DNA from: Phoronis australis | Taxonomy: Eukaryota > Animalia > Phoronida | Assembly: GCA_002633005.1 (NCBI GenBank) | Contig: NMRA01000196.1 | Span: 604,824-668,823 of the forward strand | DNA length: 64,000 bases | Reading direction: 5' to 3' | Part shown: positions 39,972 through 53,780 of the stretch, in pieces | Numbering within the stretch: position 1 is the first letter of the stretch | Layout: each line of letters opens with the position of its first letter | Position numbers and translations under genes: made by a program | The notes under the pieces: generated by a model | What the model was told of the DNA's origin: nothing | Seen by the model: the letters and a program-made list of their open reading frames with translations, nothing else | Database searches by the model: none

Positions 39972-42900
39972 TTCAACAGATGATATTGCACATGAGCACT
40001 TCTATTTCCGGTCGAAACCATTGTGCCACGTGGAAGGCACATTGTAGGACTAATGGAGCTATTTGACAATCTTTACATTACTAAAATGCGTGCGTGTACT
40101 AGTGGTGATAGATTAAGCAGCCTCGATTTCGCGAGCACTTTAAATTCATGGTGAAATTGCCTGCCGCTGTGCCAACTGAGTCTGAGATTGCGTGAAAAGG
40201 GAATTTCTACGAGAGGAAGTAAGCATGATCTTATACAAAGGTAAGGTTTTTGGTAATTTCAACAATTATTTCATGTTTACAATACTGATAATTGTTAATT
40301 GAGGTACTGGCCGATGTCAACTTCGTGGCAGTCGCCAGTCCGGTTAATCTTTGTTTGTTGTGATGACTGATGTGTGTTACGATACCTGACGTAGCACTCG
40401 GGATCTTTTCGTATATCAAAGTAGTATTATTAATGTTTGGAGTGATTTCTAACAGGTTAGTCAGTTACAGTTACATCAACCATTGCTGAAGTCTTATGCT
40501 GTCAACTCGATATTGCTTAGTGACAATCGAAGCCCAAATGGTAGGTGACAAATATCCATTAATAGGCATTACACTATTTGTTTACTCCCTATGATATATC
40601 ATCCGGAAATCTATTACACGTTAACATGGAAATATATCATGTCTGTTTTCACCTGATCCTTGGTTTTTAGGTTTGGGGGCTAGAAGCGTGCAGAGAAGAT
40701 ATACATTGCCTCTGCAACCGTCCTTAAATGGAGAAAAATTGGTTTTAAGCAGTTGACTGCAGCTAACTGGCAATATCTTCCTATCCAGTGCAGATCTGTT
40801 GTCAAAGCCTACTTTCTATATCGGAGACAAAGAACAAAGTCTTTGAAAAGGGACAGTTATTTTTAAAGAAAGGCATGTAAGTTGTTTTTGCTAATTTACT
40901 TATTCAGGTCCTTAGCGGGAAGGTGGCATAGGGCATTGGGGTTGTAAAATTTGGTGCCACTGAATGTGTGGAAATAACAGGTAACAGGGGAAAAGAGCAT
41001 GGTGACGTAATCCTTAACCTTTATGAAATTCTTTCAGGTTTCATGAAACTGTTTTGCTTTCCATTGCAAACCCCTAAAAATATAGTACATTCTCTGAATT
41101 ATCAATAACTCATGCCTTGAAATTTTGCGAGTCGTTTATAAATTCAATTGACTGTCATTTTTTGAAAAATTGCATTTTTGCTTTGAACATACGAGTGGGA
41201 TCGTATTTGAACATATTATTCTTACTGCCAATATGCAAACAATGGCGACTTATGATTTTTAATTACTCTTGAACAAAAGAAAGATTATCCATCGTTTTTT
41301 AAATCACCCAAGTCTTCATATCCTGTATTAGAAGAAAAATGAAAAATCTGAGAAACGGTTCCTTCAGCCTTAGACCAGAAGTGTGCATGACAGACATGAA
41401 TCTGTAATCTGTGTTTATAATTGCTGAAAGTATCAAAAATCAAAAATCTTGAAAATGGGTAACAAATTTTGAAAATATCTCAAATAACTGGCATCTTTTG
41501 CAGACAAGTGATGCATTTAAAGAATTGTTATGGCTAGGAAGGAAAAATAAAGGCGCAGTTTTATACAATACTTACTATATACACCCTTGCTTTCTGGAAA
41601 TAGTAATTATTTAATTTTGTGTGAATTTGTAGAGCAGTTACCATATCATTTTTTTGAAAAGAGGAGCAACATTTTTTACCCAAGCTGAAGTACTTAATTA
41701 GTAATGTTTTAATATTTTTTCAGGTTCAGTGACATTTTTACGCCACTTCAAGCAGCAACATAGGCAAGATTTGTTACTACTTTCTCTTCCCACAGCATGT
41801 CCACACAACAGCAGTGCTGCATGGCACAATGTAAAAGCTAGTGTCAATGGAGAAATGTGAAACGTAGTATTAAGTTACCTTAAGAAAACGTGCCAGTGGA
41901 TTGTTTGTATGTGAAGAGAAACTATATCTGACTGCAGCACCAGCCGGCCTGATTGGTGAGGATGCTCTTTCACAGACAATGAGCCATGTGTGGACAAACA
42001 ATGACTTATTTCCTTTTCTGGAAGAAACGTGAGGGACTGAAGCTAAAGAAGACCAAGTAACACTCTGGTCAAGTTCAGAGTCAGATTTTGGACACAAAGC
42101 GAGCCAAGTGATATGCTGTTTTGTTTACCTTCAAGGATCTAATTGCGGATGTTATTGAGTTTGAATGAGGTTATATGAAGTAAAGCCACGTTCAGATACT
42201 GGACCCTTTTAGATGCACTTCTATAGGCCATTGGAATTAGATCCCAGCGAAATGAATATAAAAGGCATCTGGTATGAATACCTGTCCTTTCTCACTGAGT
42301 AACATTTCAGAGGAAAGGATTGATACCAATGGTAAAAACTTTTCAACTTGGTACATATTATGCGTAAATGACATTCATTGACTGCATCGATTATCTTATT
42401 TTCAGTAAAAAGCCCGTCCATGTTACACTTTGATGATCGGATAATTTTTTCATCAACAGGCAAGTTTCTCACAAACTATTCAATACTTCTTCAGTTTCAA
42501 AGCCCCATACAGTGCAGTTGTGCTGCATCTTTATAAATCTGAAATGATTACCGATTAGGCTTGCAAATTGTCATTTTCCTGTTCTCCTACAGAAGTGTCC
42601 GGCCATCAAAACGAAATAATCCATTTATTCTGATTTGATTTATTAGTGTGTTTAACTATTTTAGAGCTTTCTTAAGAATGCCTTTGAACAATTTAAGTTT
42701 TGTGTTATCTTTATGTAACAAAAGTTCCACGTGCAAGCAAAGTATGTTTTCAGTCGTAGCTAGCTGGATAAGAATCCGCTATGCACAAGATTCGAGAACA
42801 AACAATAATCAGTGTTTTTAAAAACAAACTGGCAAAACCACATGCATACAATGGCACAACATTGTTCAAAACAAATGTAATTTCCCCAATGCAACAGAGT

Positions 42901-44829
42901 CCATAGTCAAGGATATCAAGAGATGACTTTCTGAATTGAGCGATTCAACTCTTTCAGGTTATTGCTGAAGAACTGCTTTTCACTTTGTCGAAAGGTAAAT
43001 AGACGGTAAGGCGGTTGGTTTCAGTCGCTTTCTCTCACCTGTAACAGAATAGTCAGAGAAATATTAGCGAACTGTAAAAGAAAACACAAGACAAAAATAC
43101 TTTTGTAAGGCAGAACATACTTGATATTTCAAGCTCATGTAAACTTTATATGTAGAAACTAATAATCTAGGTACTCAAGCCTTATTTAAGATCTGAATTA
43201 AAATATGTGAAACAGGCTCAAAGTGATTGAACAATTTGTAATTTGACACCTGATCCCAAAAAAGAAAATCCATTCTATGTGTCAATATTTATTCCAATGC
43301 AATATTAAAAATTTACTGAATAGCTCATCTATGTTAATTCGGTTACTAATCTGGTAGTCACGGGATGGGGTCCACTGTAAAACAAGGAAACTCACTGTGA
43401 GTGTCGGCAAGTCAAGAGGAGTTGGCTTTAATGCTTTATTGAGATATTCGAAACATTGCACCTATATGTTCTTACAAATATTCTCTGTTTCGGTTCTACA
43501 ACAATAAAAAGAAAATTAAATGTACATAGAAAAAAACGTCACAATTTAGACAAAAATGCGAATACAAAAATCCCATAATAGGAAATGAAATCACCCCAAT
43601 ATTGTAGCTCTCATCCTCTCCTCTCCTAAGCCAAATCTACACCCAAGTGGGTTGAAAACAAGTCGGCACACACACCAGTTCATACACAAATATGAGTCAT
43701 GTAATATGCAAATCTCATTCAGCCAACAAACAGCTAAGAACAAATATCTGGTCATGGGGGCTTCCTGAGCTAACAAACGTAAAATATCTTACACTCAATC
43801 ATCTAGAGAATTTTATTGGATATATTATAGTTTTGAAGAGTAACTTCAGTGAAAAAGTCTCCCTTCACTTCTGAGCGCCACGTCTCATACACCTCTTACA
43901 TGTCCGGGTCCCGGGTGAGTTTCTAAAAAGAAGCACTTATTTCCACTAAATAAACTCGTTATTCAGTGTGGTCACTGGTGGGGATAACATCACTGAACGA
44001 TGTCAATAGAAACTAATAGCTAAAAACTTACCAAGTAACGTAATTATGTAGTCTCTCAATGGAAATGCATAGAGCACACACGGGGCGTGAAGCTTCGGCA
44101 TCCACACTTTTTGTCACTTGTTTGACCATTTTGGCCGCAATTCTCTACACCTGCAGAAACTTAGGTCATTTGGGAATTTGTGACTACCTGTCGAAGATTT
44201 GGACCCTGGAAAATAGCAATAATAAGGCTTAGGGCGTCTACGTATTTTGATAACAATTCTGTCTTTTACCAGCTGTTTACATGTAGGTAGTCATGCATGC
44301 GCAATTTAATCACCACTAGTACAGCAGCGACACGGCAAGGAGAATTCGTCGAATAGCCCCATTGCATCGAAATTTTCCACATATTAGTTTCTTGCCAGTG
44401 TTGCTCTACCGGAAGTTGTTTTCAGAATGAAGGATTCGACGCATTGTTATCAATTTTCAATGGTGCTAGGCTGCCACTTTGAAGGCGAAGCGGAAATGAC
44501 GTTTGTTGCATGTGGATTTTCTGAGGTATCTTCTTTTAAATGAACTGTTACAATTTCTCTCAGACTCACCGTTTTTTAATTATTTGACTCTCAATTTCAA
44601 AATTTTAGAAAGTTGTTCGGAATTGTGTGAAACTATATCTTAGATAGAGATTTAACGCGCTTTCACAAAATGTTGTTCATTTTTCGATATCACGTATGCT
44701 TTTCGAATTATTCCAGATTTCCTGATAACGGTGTTCCTTTATTGACTGATTTATTGCTCTTTTATAGTTACGTTCTATTAAACAAGACTACAGCTTATTT
44801 CTTACTCATTTCTGACATCTTCATTCGTG

Positions 44830-44890
44830 ATGTGATTATTATCAACATCATGCTAATCATCGCCACTCTCATAGTCATCATCATCACCAT
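44830..44890. repeat. Degenerate (ATC)n trinucleotide repeat
   Basis: attattatcaacatcatg..atcatcg..gtcatcatcatcacc. Confidence 0.55.
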
Positions 44891-47288
44891 GGGCTTAATG
44901 ATCTTCAATATTTTTTCAGTCAATTTCGCCAATTGTCGCTCGTAAGTTTACCTTCGCAATTAAAGGTCGTAATTTTAGACTCATATTTTTGCACGTATTG
45001 TGAAGTGTTCAGAAGGTAAAATCTCATGTGCAATGTATATCATTGCAAAGGATACTACTGACTGACTGATATATTTTCATTTGCTGCCCTAGCCATCCAA
45101 AGCATATTAATACGGTTCGTTAAATTACATAATGACGTGCCCAAATGTACATCTACAAAGGTTGTCTGGCAGCATTTCCTATTTTATTTGATGAAATGCT
45201 TTTTCAATCTTTAGATTAAGTGTTATTGTCTTACTCTTAGTGCGTACAGATATACACAAAACATGCCGAGAGTGGCGTCCAAGAAGTAATACCCCACGAG
45301 ATATTACGCGTATCGACCGAGACTGTTCACGTGGCGGATCACATCCTATAGGTATGTACTTAAGCGTTAGGCTACAAATATTCTCTAGTGAAAGAAAGTT
45401 TTAAATTTGGCAATATATTACTTGAAAACAGATAACAGATGTAAACAAGGGTAACCTTTCATTGAACTTGTAACATAATAGTTAAGTAACAACAATATTT
45501 GATATTGCAGTTACCAATGAATCGGCGCCTGAGTTGCAGACGATAAAATATTTAACAAATGAAAACTAAGACAGAACTGTCATACATGTACATCTATAAT
45601 TAACAGTCCTGTTCCAGATGTTACGACTGAAACCTGATTGTTTTTGAGTGTTATTTACAGTGCTATAATTGTATTACTTTAAACTAGTTTCCGAAAGTTA
45701 GGTGATCAAACCGGCTATAACGACGTCGAGTCAACATTGACCTACCTTTTGAACACTCTACATGTATGTCAGAGGTCACTGTTGAAGTAGTGCGGGAGGT
45801 GAATACGGAAAGCTTTATTACATTGCCGTGTTTCCCTCGACAGATTCCACGCGTATGGGATAACTTACATGACATTGCAAATCACAAAGGTTTAAATTGG
45901 TTCTCGCGGGTAAAGTAACAACATGTCTGTATGATAGTGGTAAATAATAAATGATTTAATCAATACGTTGAATAACAAACCATTTGGCCCACACAACATT
46001 ATCATCCGAGTACATGTATTAGTTGAATGAGTGGTGTTCACGTGGATTGATATGGCTTAAATCTAACGTGTTACTCAAATTACTAGCGTAAAATAACGAG
46101 CGTAAAATTACGAGAAGATAGGAGCGTAGAATTAGGAGCGAACAATGTCTTCAGATCTCACGTAAACTGCAAATTAATTTCTCATTGGATAAAACAATTT
46201 CGGTCGTAATTACGAGGATGTTTACGGGAGACACTTTCTCCTGAATGGCCCATGATATAATTCTCATTTTGCGTACGTGACTTCAAAACCTATCTGAGCA
46301 CACATCCCGATTAATCGTATACATGTACGAATCGCCTGCTGTATTCCACTAATCGGAGTGTGCATGTTACAAGTTTCAACTTAACAGCCGAATAGGTCTG
46401 AATAGAGCCGCCGGATTTTGATTCGATTTCCGCGCTGGCTTTGTACTTCGATCATCTTATATGAAGCCATTACTAAGTTGCATGACCTATTGAGTTGTAT
46501 CGACATCTTCACAACCTCAAAGTGATCTAAGCCGAGTTTACTCCAGAATGCGTTTTTGCAGCAGCTTTAACTATATTTAGAACCTTATTAACAAGTCAAA
46601 TATCTACAAAGCTATAGATTTTGGGTTGTTACAGTACAGTACATATTTTTTGAAAGTAGAAATCCTCTGGATAATTTCATTTTGACATTTTAACACTATG
46701 GCATTAATTCCATCACATGGCCATGGCTTTTGAGTGAAATTCAGCAACAAGTTACAGTGAAATCATAACAGTAGTGTCAATAACATATCTCAAACACGCT
46801 GATGTCTTGTTTTACGCTAGTTAAGAATTTTTTAAGTAATTCATAAGAGTCCTATAATTGTTCACCCATCAAGCAACGTTTTGGAGACTAATTCATAACA
46901 AATAGCATCTGGGTGTTTCATATGAAACCGATGATGCTCCAAAGTTAGTAAAACCAGGAGAATTTTCCCGAATCTAACATAATGTCGAGTACAATTACCG
47001 TTGCTTCTTCACCCAGTTACTAGAAATTGAACAAAGAAATCAGATTATAATGAACAAGCAATGATTCCAAGCCTGTATTTTGGTGCTGCAGAAGTCACCA
47101 AAGTAAGTAATCGAGCCGAGGCTCAGTACATTTTGTTTCGCTACGTCAGCACACCGATTTTTAGACAAACACCCGTGTCCGTTGGTTATATAATTTATAA
47201 AACTACGGGAATGTGGACATTAAATATTATCCCAGGATAAGAAAAATAAAGTTACCGGTATTCCTTGTTTTTTCACGGAATCTAAAGC

Positions 47289-47342
47289 CAATAAAAGGCG
47301 GCCGTTGCATGATATGAGCATTGACTTGACCGAGAAGGAAAG
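47289..47342 (+). promoter_or_regulatory. Candidate TATA-like box and non-coding first exon of the EF-hand gene
   Basis: caataaaag at 47289, Inr-like gcattg ~30 nt downstream, and a consensus donor aag|gtaagt at 47342/47343, upstream of the acceptor at 48444. Confidence 0.4.
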
Positions 47343-48453
47343 GTAAGTATTTTGTGACAGACATTGACCATAAGGTAGACTATGAACTGGAATCGTTTAC
47401 AATATCTTAACACAAGATTTAAAAGAAGGGGTTGCTTTAATTCAAACACATAATACGTTAACAGCCACGCCGAATCAAGGTTTTTATGTGGGTTTCATAG
47501 CCAACTTCGTTAAAAAGCACTTAATAAGCTATTTTACCTTATTAGGAAACGATTGCTACAGTATGAATAGATCATTCAATGCTCTACAAATTGTGTTTAC
47601 TTTCATAAATTTGAAAAGTGGTTACAAAATCTGCTAAGTCGGTATTTTCTGTTCCACGTTTGTGCGAAATAAAGGAAAATGTTAATTATTCTATGCTAGA
47701 GTACAAATGGCTTTCGTGGACAATTTTCTAATCCAGGTTTGCACATGATGACATCAACATCAAGACAAAAGGTTCGAATTTTAAATAAAAATGGAAGCAC
47801 GAATATGAGAGTCATCAAGAACAAACTCAGATTAGAAACTCGTCTGCATAAACCGTAATGTATTAGAGCACACTAGTATTCGCTTATCTTGAGTTCGCGC
47901 AAAATGGAACAGAAAATGACAAAAATGTTCACTTTAATTTCAAGTATAACAATTTAGATGACCTAAGCACCTGAGCACGCCTTCAATTACAAATTCTAAC
48001 TTTTGATATAGACCACTATTGTAATATTGGATGTTATTTCGAGCATTTCAAAAAAACTTGCTGACAGAATGCGTTGTACTTGTGTCTCTTCACGCCGTGT
48101 CATTTTAAGCGCCGAAGGCAAGGCAATGCAAGGCATTAAAATGTTTTCCTATTTCAACGAAGCTCTTTGCAATCTCAGAAATCATTTCTCATTAAAGTAC
48201 ATGTAAGGATCAACCTGAAACCAGTTATATAGCGGTAGGCCTACATGTAAATGATTTAAATCAAACCTTGGCCTTTGTGACCGAATGCTGACAGAAATCC
48301 CCATAATGCCGGGATTTATGTTAATAGTGCCCCCTTAAAATTATGTGCTTTGAAACAGATTCCATGTACTCTATTACGTTTGTTTCATGACGTCCCCCGT
48401 TGCACAGTAACTATCAGAACACATCGTTCAATGTCTCTTAACAGGTTACGAAA

Positions 48454-48599
48454 ATGAAAGTCCTGCTGACATTCTTCGCATTGGCCCTGGCCGCCTCCCA
48501 CGCTTCCCCCTTAGCAACGCTGCTTAAAAACATGGCAGGGGTGAAGTTTGGAGCACGCGAAAACGCAAACACGATATATAATGCGACAGCAGAGAACTC
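48454..48599 (+). CDS. Secreted EF-hand protein, first coding exon (signal peptide)
   Basis: Acceptor tctcttaacag| at 48444, aaaATG context, MKVLLTFFALALAASHA-SPLATLLKN...AENS, donor |gtaagt at 48600 (phase 2). Confidence 0.75.
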
Positions 48600-49682
48600 G
48601 TAAGTCTTCCATTGCTGATTCTTATCGGTTTAAATGATAGAGCTGTATGTTACGGGGTCACTGTTCGCACTACACGGAAGTTCCGTGAATCCGTGAACGC
48701 ACCCCTAAGGGTGGAGTCCACGAAAGAATCTGTCAGAGAAGTGTACACTGTTTATACGCTTGTTGAGTGATGACGTGTCACTGCAGTAGATGACACAATT
48801 TGGACCCGGAAATAAGAATAGACATGTCGTCAAACTGGGTCCAGAGCGTCATGATAACTTCAAAATGACGTCATGTTTAACATTCTATAGCCGTCAAAAG
48901 GATGTCCACAGTTTATTGGAGATAAGGCAATAAATTGTGTGAATTTAGTTTTAGACGGTGATGTGATAATAACCACATGGGTAAATTTACAGAAAATCTA
49001 AAGCACTTTTTCTATGACAAACATTATTTTCATTGAGCAGGACCAAAAACACAATCCGAAAACAGCAATTTCATTTCATACATGTATTAGACATTGCTCG
49101 TGGCAAGTTGCCGATTTGTGCAACTGAGCGAATGACTGTTCAAAATAAAGTTTCATTGGGAGAATATTTCTTCGAGTTGGTATGAGTTTAAGACATGAAC
49201 GGCAGCCTAAGATGTCTTCTTATGCGCAAATGTATTCTTGGCAACATGGTTTTGATGGTTTATTCAGTTTCAGGTGGTATTCTCTGAATTGCCTGTGCGT
49301 ATGAAGAGCCTAAGGAATGGCCACCGTGTTTACTGGGGCCAGCTGAGACCGTGACACGGTCTAGGTTCTTACTAATCTTGATTGCCGAATCATTGAGGCT
49401 ATGAATTTGGGTCTAATGTCGAAATTTTGAACTTTTATTAGAAATCTCGAGTTTCAAGATAAGGGTCACTCTGTGCAAACTAGCACAAGAAACCAAAACG
49501 CATGTACCATAATGTACTCGAACACACACTTACTGTATCTTGAGACAGCGCAAGAGTAGAACAGAAAATGAGAAAAAAATTTCGAGCACAAAGATTAGAC
49601 TTCGACATCTGGTCAAACTTTCCTTACTTCATTCACTAAAAATAGTAAATTTCATCACATTCTATGTATGTTGTTTTTTCAG

Positions 49683-49716
49683 GAGTATGCTGTGCAGCAG
49701 GAAGTGTTCGCTGTGG
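49683..49716 (+). CDS. Secreted EF-hand protein, 34-nt internal exon (frame uncertain)
   Basis: tgttttttcag| ... |gtaagt. Reads EYAVQQEVFAV (phase 0 to 1) or SMLCSRKCSLW (phase 2 to 0). Confidence 0.55.
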
Positions 49717-51675
49717 GTAAGTCGATCACTTTGTTATTTTTCGTTCAATCCACCACTATGGTGATATGGTAGTTAGTGGTGTTTTTCCATTGATTTCAGG
49801 AAAAAATCCAATAAAAAGTGTACTGTTCTGTTTCACAATGGCTGTCCCACTACTTTGAGTTAGGTTATTGCGCTATAACACGGCTTTCCGGAACCTTGCT
49901 TGAATAACCAGTTGAATCAGACTACCCAGAAATGAAAACATTGGTTCGTGATTTCGACAAAATTTTTCAACTCCTTCAAGTACACACAATAACTTGGACT
50001 TTTTAGGTGTGCAAAAAATCTTGATGATAGAAGAAAGACGAACGAGGTAAAAACTTGATTACGAGTTTGCGATAATTTTGGACAATACCAAATGAATGCT
50101 TTATCCAAATAAGTGCGATTTGATGCTGTTGAGAAGAAGGGAAGCATCTTACAGCCCATCGAATGTCTGCCGTGAAGACCGTCTTCAGCATCTTATACGT
50201 AATAAATTGCTTCAAAGCTGACTGGCCGTTTCATATTTGGTAGCCGTAGTCGGAAAGTTGAGTGCTTGCCAAGAGCGTTTGCAGGCTTAGTTATAAATAC
50301 GTAAATAAAACAACAAGAATGGATCAACTGAAATTTTCGGATGTAATAACGTCCTTTGTCAACAGAAACAGAAATAAAGACTTAGTTAAAAACGAAAAAC
50401 ATTTTGAAGATGGGAATTACCTCTTCTAGTAATTACACACGTAGCTTCTGCGTGAGTTCATTAGGGAAAAAGAGCATTACAGAAGTAATTTCATGGATCA
50501 TGTAGGAATTCTAAGCTGATCTTATGATGAAGAGAACTACGCCTGTCAGTTTGGTTGGTACCGCTAATGATGACAAATGGTCATCGTTCATAACGTCACT
50601 CATGGAAAACATCGTTTGGCCATTTATCATTACTCAGTGCTAAGAATTCATGAAAATTAGGCCTATCACGATTTATGATAAAGCTTGCATGATGTATGTC
50701 AATGGTAAAAGCTGAAACTGCCTTTGTAAATGAGTAACCTAAGCAGCTCGTTATTTTCCTTCGACAGAGAGCACTGGTTAAAGTAAACTTTGCAATGACC
50801 GATACGAACAAGGACGGGGCCACTACACTGCAGGAGGCGCTAGCGGCGAGCGAACCCCATATGGCGAAGAACGTTACAGTGAGTATTAATTAAATTCCCT
50901 TAGCATCTCTTTCTTTGTCTGTGACACTACGTACAACAACGTCAGCCTTTTTCACACGAACGACATTGTCGCCCGACCAGTTGCGTGACACGTCGGAGAC
51001 TCCGAAATTGCTCACGTGCATGACTACCCTTGACGCAAGACGTATTGGAGGTGTCGACAGGCACGTTAAGGGGAAGTCGATAATGTTCGGCTTAGTTCAT
51101 CTTTTCGGTCGACACATAGCCAACATGAGCGAATGAGTGCGTTTACAGATCAATTAAAATTAAAATTTGCGTAATAACCAATATTTCTCAACCCCGCAGT
51201 TCCATTAATTCTTATTAAGGAGATGGTGAAAAGAAAAATAGTCCAATGATTGTATGAGCTGTTTATTATTATGTGGCCCAGTTACGGCCCGTGAACACAG
51301 ATGTAAACAGTCAAATTGATCTTATACAAAGCTGTAGGCAATCAGCACATAGAATATGAAAGACAGAATAAATTAAATTACTTGAATTAAGGTAAATACA
51401 ACTCTCAAGGTCACAAAATTTACCGAAGTGACTGCAGACATTAAATGATGCTTGAATTCCGGAACATCTTACTAAGACTGCTGACTAATAAAACACAAGT
51501 AACAACTGCCAAAGCAACAAAGTTAGCAACAACACACTCATATTTAGCAGCTCAGTCACAAAAATATGCTTACATTTAAGGTGTAAAGAACTTACATAAC
51601 ATATTTCGGTAACAGCAAGCACGTCTCTCCCACAGCTGTCCTCACCTTCTGATCGTCCCCAATACACTAGTAAGA

Positions 51676-51785
51676 ATACACACATACACACACAAACACA
51701 CACACACACACACACACATTCACTCACTCACACACACGTACATTTATATGTATAGGAATATGTATACTTGTATGTATATGTCTGT
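51676..51785. repeat. (CA)n / (TA,TG)n microsatellite flanking the Penelope-like element
   Basis: cacacacacaca...tatatgtataggaatatgtatac visible directly. Confidence 0.85.
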
Positions 51786-51944
51786 ACTTCAGGAGCAAGT
51801 TTTCGGTTATACAGAATTTGTTAAACGCTTTTCACTGTTCACAGTCTTTATTCCGTTACGTTCGTACATGTACTTTCGAAACAAAACTCTGCTCTCAACT
51901 GAACATAGGTACAGTAACTGACCTAGCGACATAATTAAAAGACA

Positions 51945-51982
51945 CACGATATTGCGAAACATACTTGTTTCATTCTCAAGTG
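51945..51982 (-). ncRNA. Second copy of the hammerhead-like motif in the inverted duplication
   Basis: Reverse complement reads cac TTGAGAA t gaaaca agta tgtttc GCAA ta TC gtg: perfect stem II, intact AUC cleavage triplet and AUAU palindrome, but GAAA is GCAA. Confidence 0.5.
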
Positions 51983-53463
51983 AAGATAAAATGACGCAGT
52001 AATGCCATCAGAGTATTAGCTGATGACACACACAGTGAGACACGGCGGGTGTGAAATACTGCAAAGAATGACTAATGAAGGGGGTAACAGGAAAGTCACG
52101 CAAACAAGTGTAACGTGCGGCGCGACTCTGTTTGCTGCTCATTCAAAACAGGCTTCTCAAAAGCAATTAAAAGGGACTCTAATACTTTCAAACGCAGCAC
52201 ATCTTGCTCCACGTAGCGAATTGACGTGTTTTCCACAATTTCTTGACGGGTGATTTTACGTTCGTGACCGCAGAAAATGATCTTGGATGGCTCCATTTTG
52301 AATATGCATGGATAACCGACGGGAAAGACTGCAAACCGTTTGACCAATGTAACATTGTTTGACGTTTGACATTCGTTCATAGGGCATACAAACTCATAAA
52401 CATGTAGATGATATTTTGTTTATTGTGCCTTTGATGACTTGCTATCAGTACGTGATGAACTTGAGCGTCACTCTGTATTGAAGTTTACCCACGAGCTTCC
52501 TGTAAATGACAAGATTCCGTTTTTGGACGTTCTTGTTAACCATTCTCCATCTGAATTTTCTACATCAGTTTACCACAAGCCTGCTGATAAAGGTTTCTGT
52601 CTCCACGCCAAAAGTGAGTGCACTGCGCGGTATAAGGTCGCCGGTGTGGTCAACTTCCTAAAGAGGGCGTATTCGGTGTCGTCCAAATGGCTATTTTTCA
52701 ATCTACAAGAGGTAGATCGCATAAGAAAAACACTGGTGAATAATGGGTATACCAATGCTTTATAGATTTCCATATTAAGCGATTTGTGTCCAGAATTAGC
52801 TATGAAGTCCCTGCACGTCGGACCGTTGTCACAAAAAAAATATTTTACAAAAATGTCATGTCTAATATTTACCCCCAAGACGAACACACCATTAAGAAAA
52901 TTATAAGGGATAATGTTAAAGTTTGTAAGCCTGATGATTACCTCGATGTTATTATTTATTATCGGAACAGGAAGTCCTCAAACTTGGTCATGAAAAATAA
53001 CATTTCTAAAGCGAAAGTCCGCAATGTAGTGTTGTTTATGAGTTTGTGTGCCCTATGAACGAATGTCTTCGTTCAAACGTCAAACAATGTTACATTGGAC
53101 AAATGGTTTGCATTCTTTCCCGTCGGTTTTCCATGCATCTTCAAAATGGCGCTATCCAAGATCATTTTCTACAATGTCACGAACGTAAATTCACCCGTCA
53201 AGCAATTGTGGAAAATACGTCAGTTCGCTACGTGGAGCAAGATGTGCTGCGTTTGAAAGTATTAGAGTCCCTTTTAATTGCTTTTGAGAAGCCTGATTTG
53301 AATGAGCAGCAAACAGGGTCGCGCCGCACGTTACACTTGTTTGCGTGACTTTCCCGTTACCCCCTTCATTATTCATTGTTTGCAGTATTTCACACCCGCC
53401 GTGTCTCACTGTGTGTGTCATCAGCTTATACTCTGTGATGGCATTACTGCGTCATTTTATCTT

Positions 53464-53501
53464 CACTTGAGAATGAAATAAGTATGTTTCGAAATACCGT
53501 G
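53464..53501 (+). ncRNA. Minimal type I hammerhead ribozyme-like motif (variant core; this copy probably inactive)
   Basis: cac TTGAGAA t gaaata agta tgtttc GAAA ta cc gtg: stem I cac/gtg, U3-A8 core variant, 6-bp stem II, GAAA. U16.1 is C in this copy. Confidence 0.55.
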
Positions 53502-53632
53502 TGTCTTTTAATTATGTCGCTAGGTCTGTTACTGTGTCTATGTTCAGTTGAGAGTAGAGTTTTGTTCCGAAAGTACGAACGTAACGGAGTAAAGACTGCG
53601 AACAATGAAAAGTGTCGTGCGTTTAATAAATT

Positions 53633-53780
53633 ATGTATATGTATATGTATGTATATGTATGTTTATGTATGTATATGTATATGTATGTATATGTATGTAT
53701 GTATGTATGTATATATATATATGTATATGTATATGTATATATGTATATATGTATATATGTACATGTATATATGTGTATAT
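53633..53780. repeat. (TATG/TA)n microsatellite
   Basis: tatgtatatgtatatgtatgtatatg... visible directly. The YIY/CIC-rich ORFs here are artefacts. Confidence 0.95.

Larger units (their letters stand above)
51815..53632 (+). mobile_element. 5'-truncated Penelope-like retroelement (Naiad-type) with inverted terminal duplication
   Basis: RT C-terminus LKFTHE..IPFLDVLV..TSVYHKP..LVNNGY (52439-52765) and GIY-YIG VVYEFVCPMNEC...YIGQ..LSRR..H...LESLLI...PDLNEQ (to 53348). Segment ~51815-52402 is a reverse-complement copy of ~53034-53632. Confidence 0.9.

Noticed and set aside
44670-44945. Hydrophobic 91-aa ORF resembling a membrane protein
   Set aside because: The hydrophobicity comes from AT-rich and (ATC)n low-complexity sequence.
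52020-52061. Canonical CTGATGA...GAAA hammerhead core (also at ~53385-53425 on the - strand)
   Set aside because: It is antisense to the Penelope ORF, and I could not form both stem I and a stem III with a valid UH triplet. The sense-strand UUGAGAA motif fits much better.
53030-53460. Selenoprotein/SECIS as reported for some Naiad elements
   Set aside because: The cysteines in CPMNEC are TGC/TGT, I saw no in-frame TGA at conserved positions, and there is no clear AUGA-AA-GA SECIS core in the 3' UTR.
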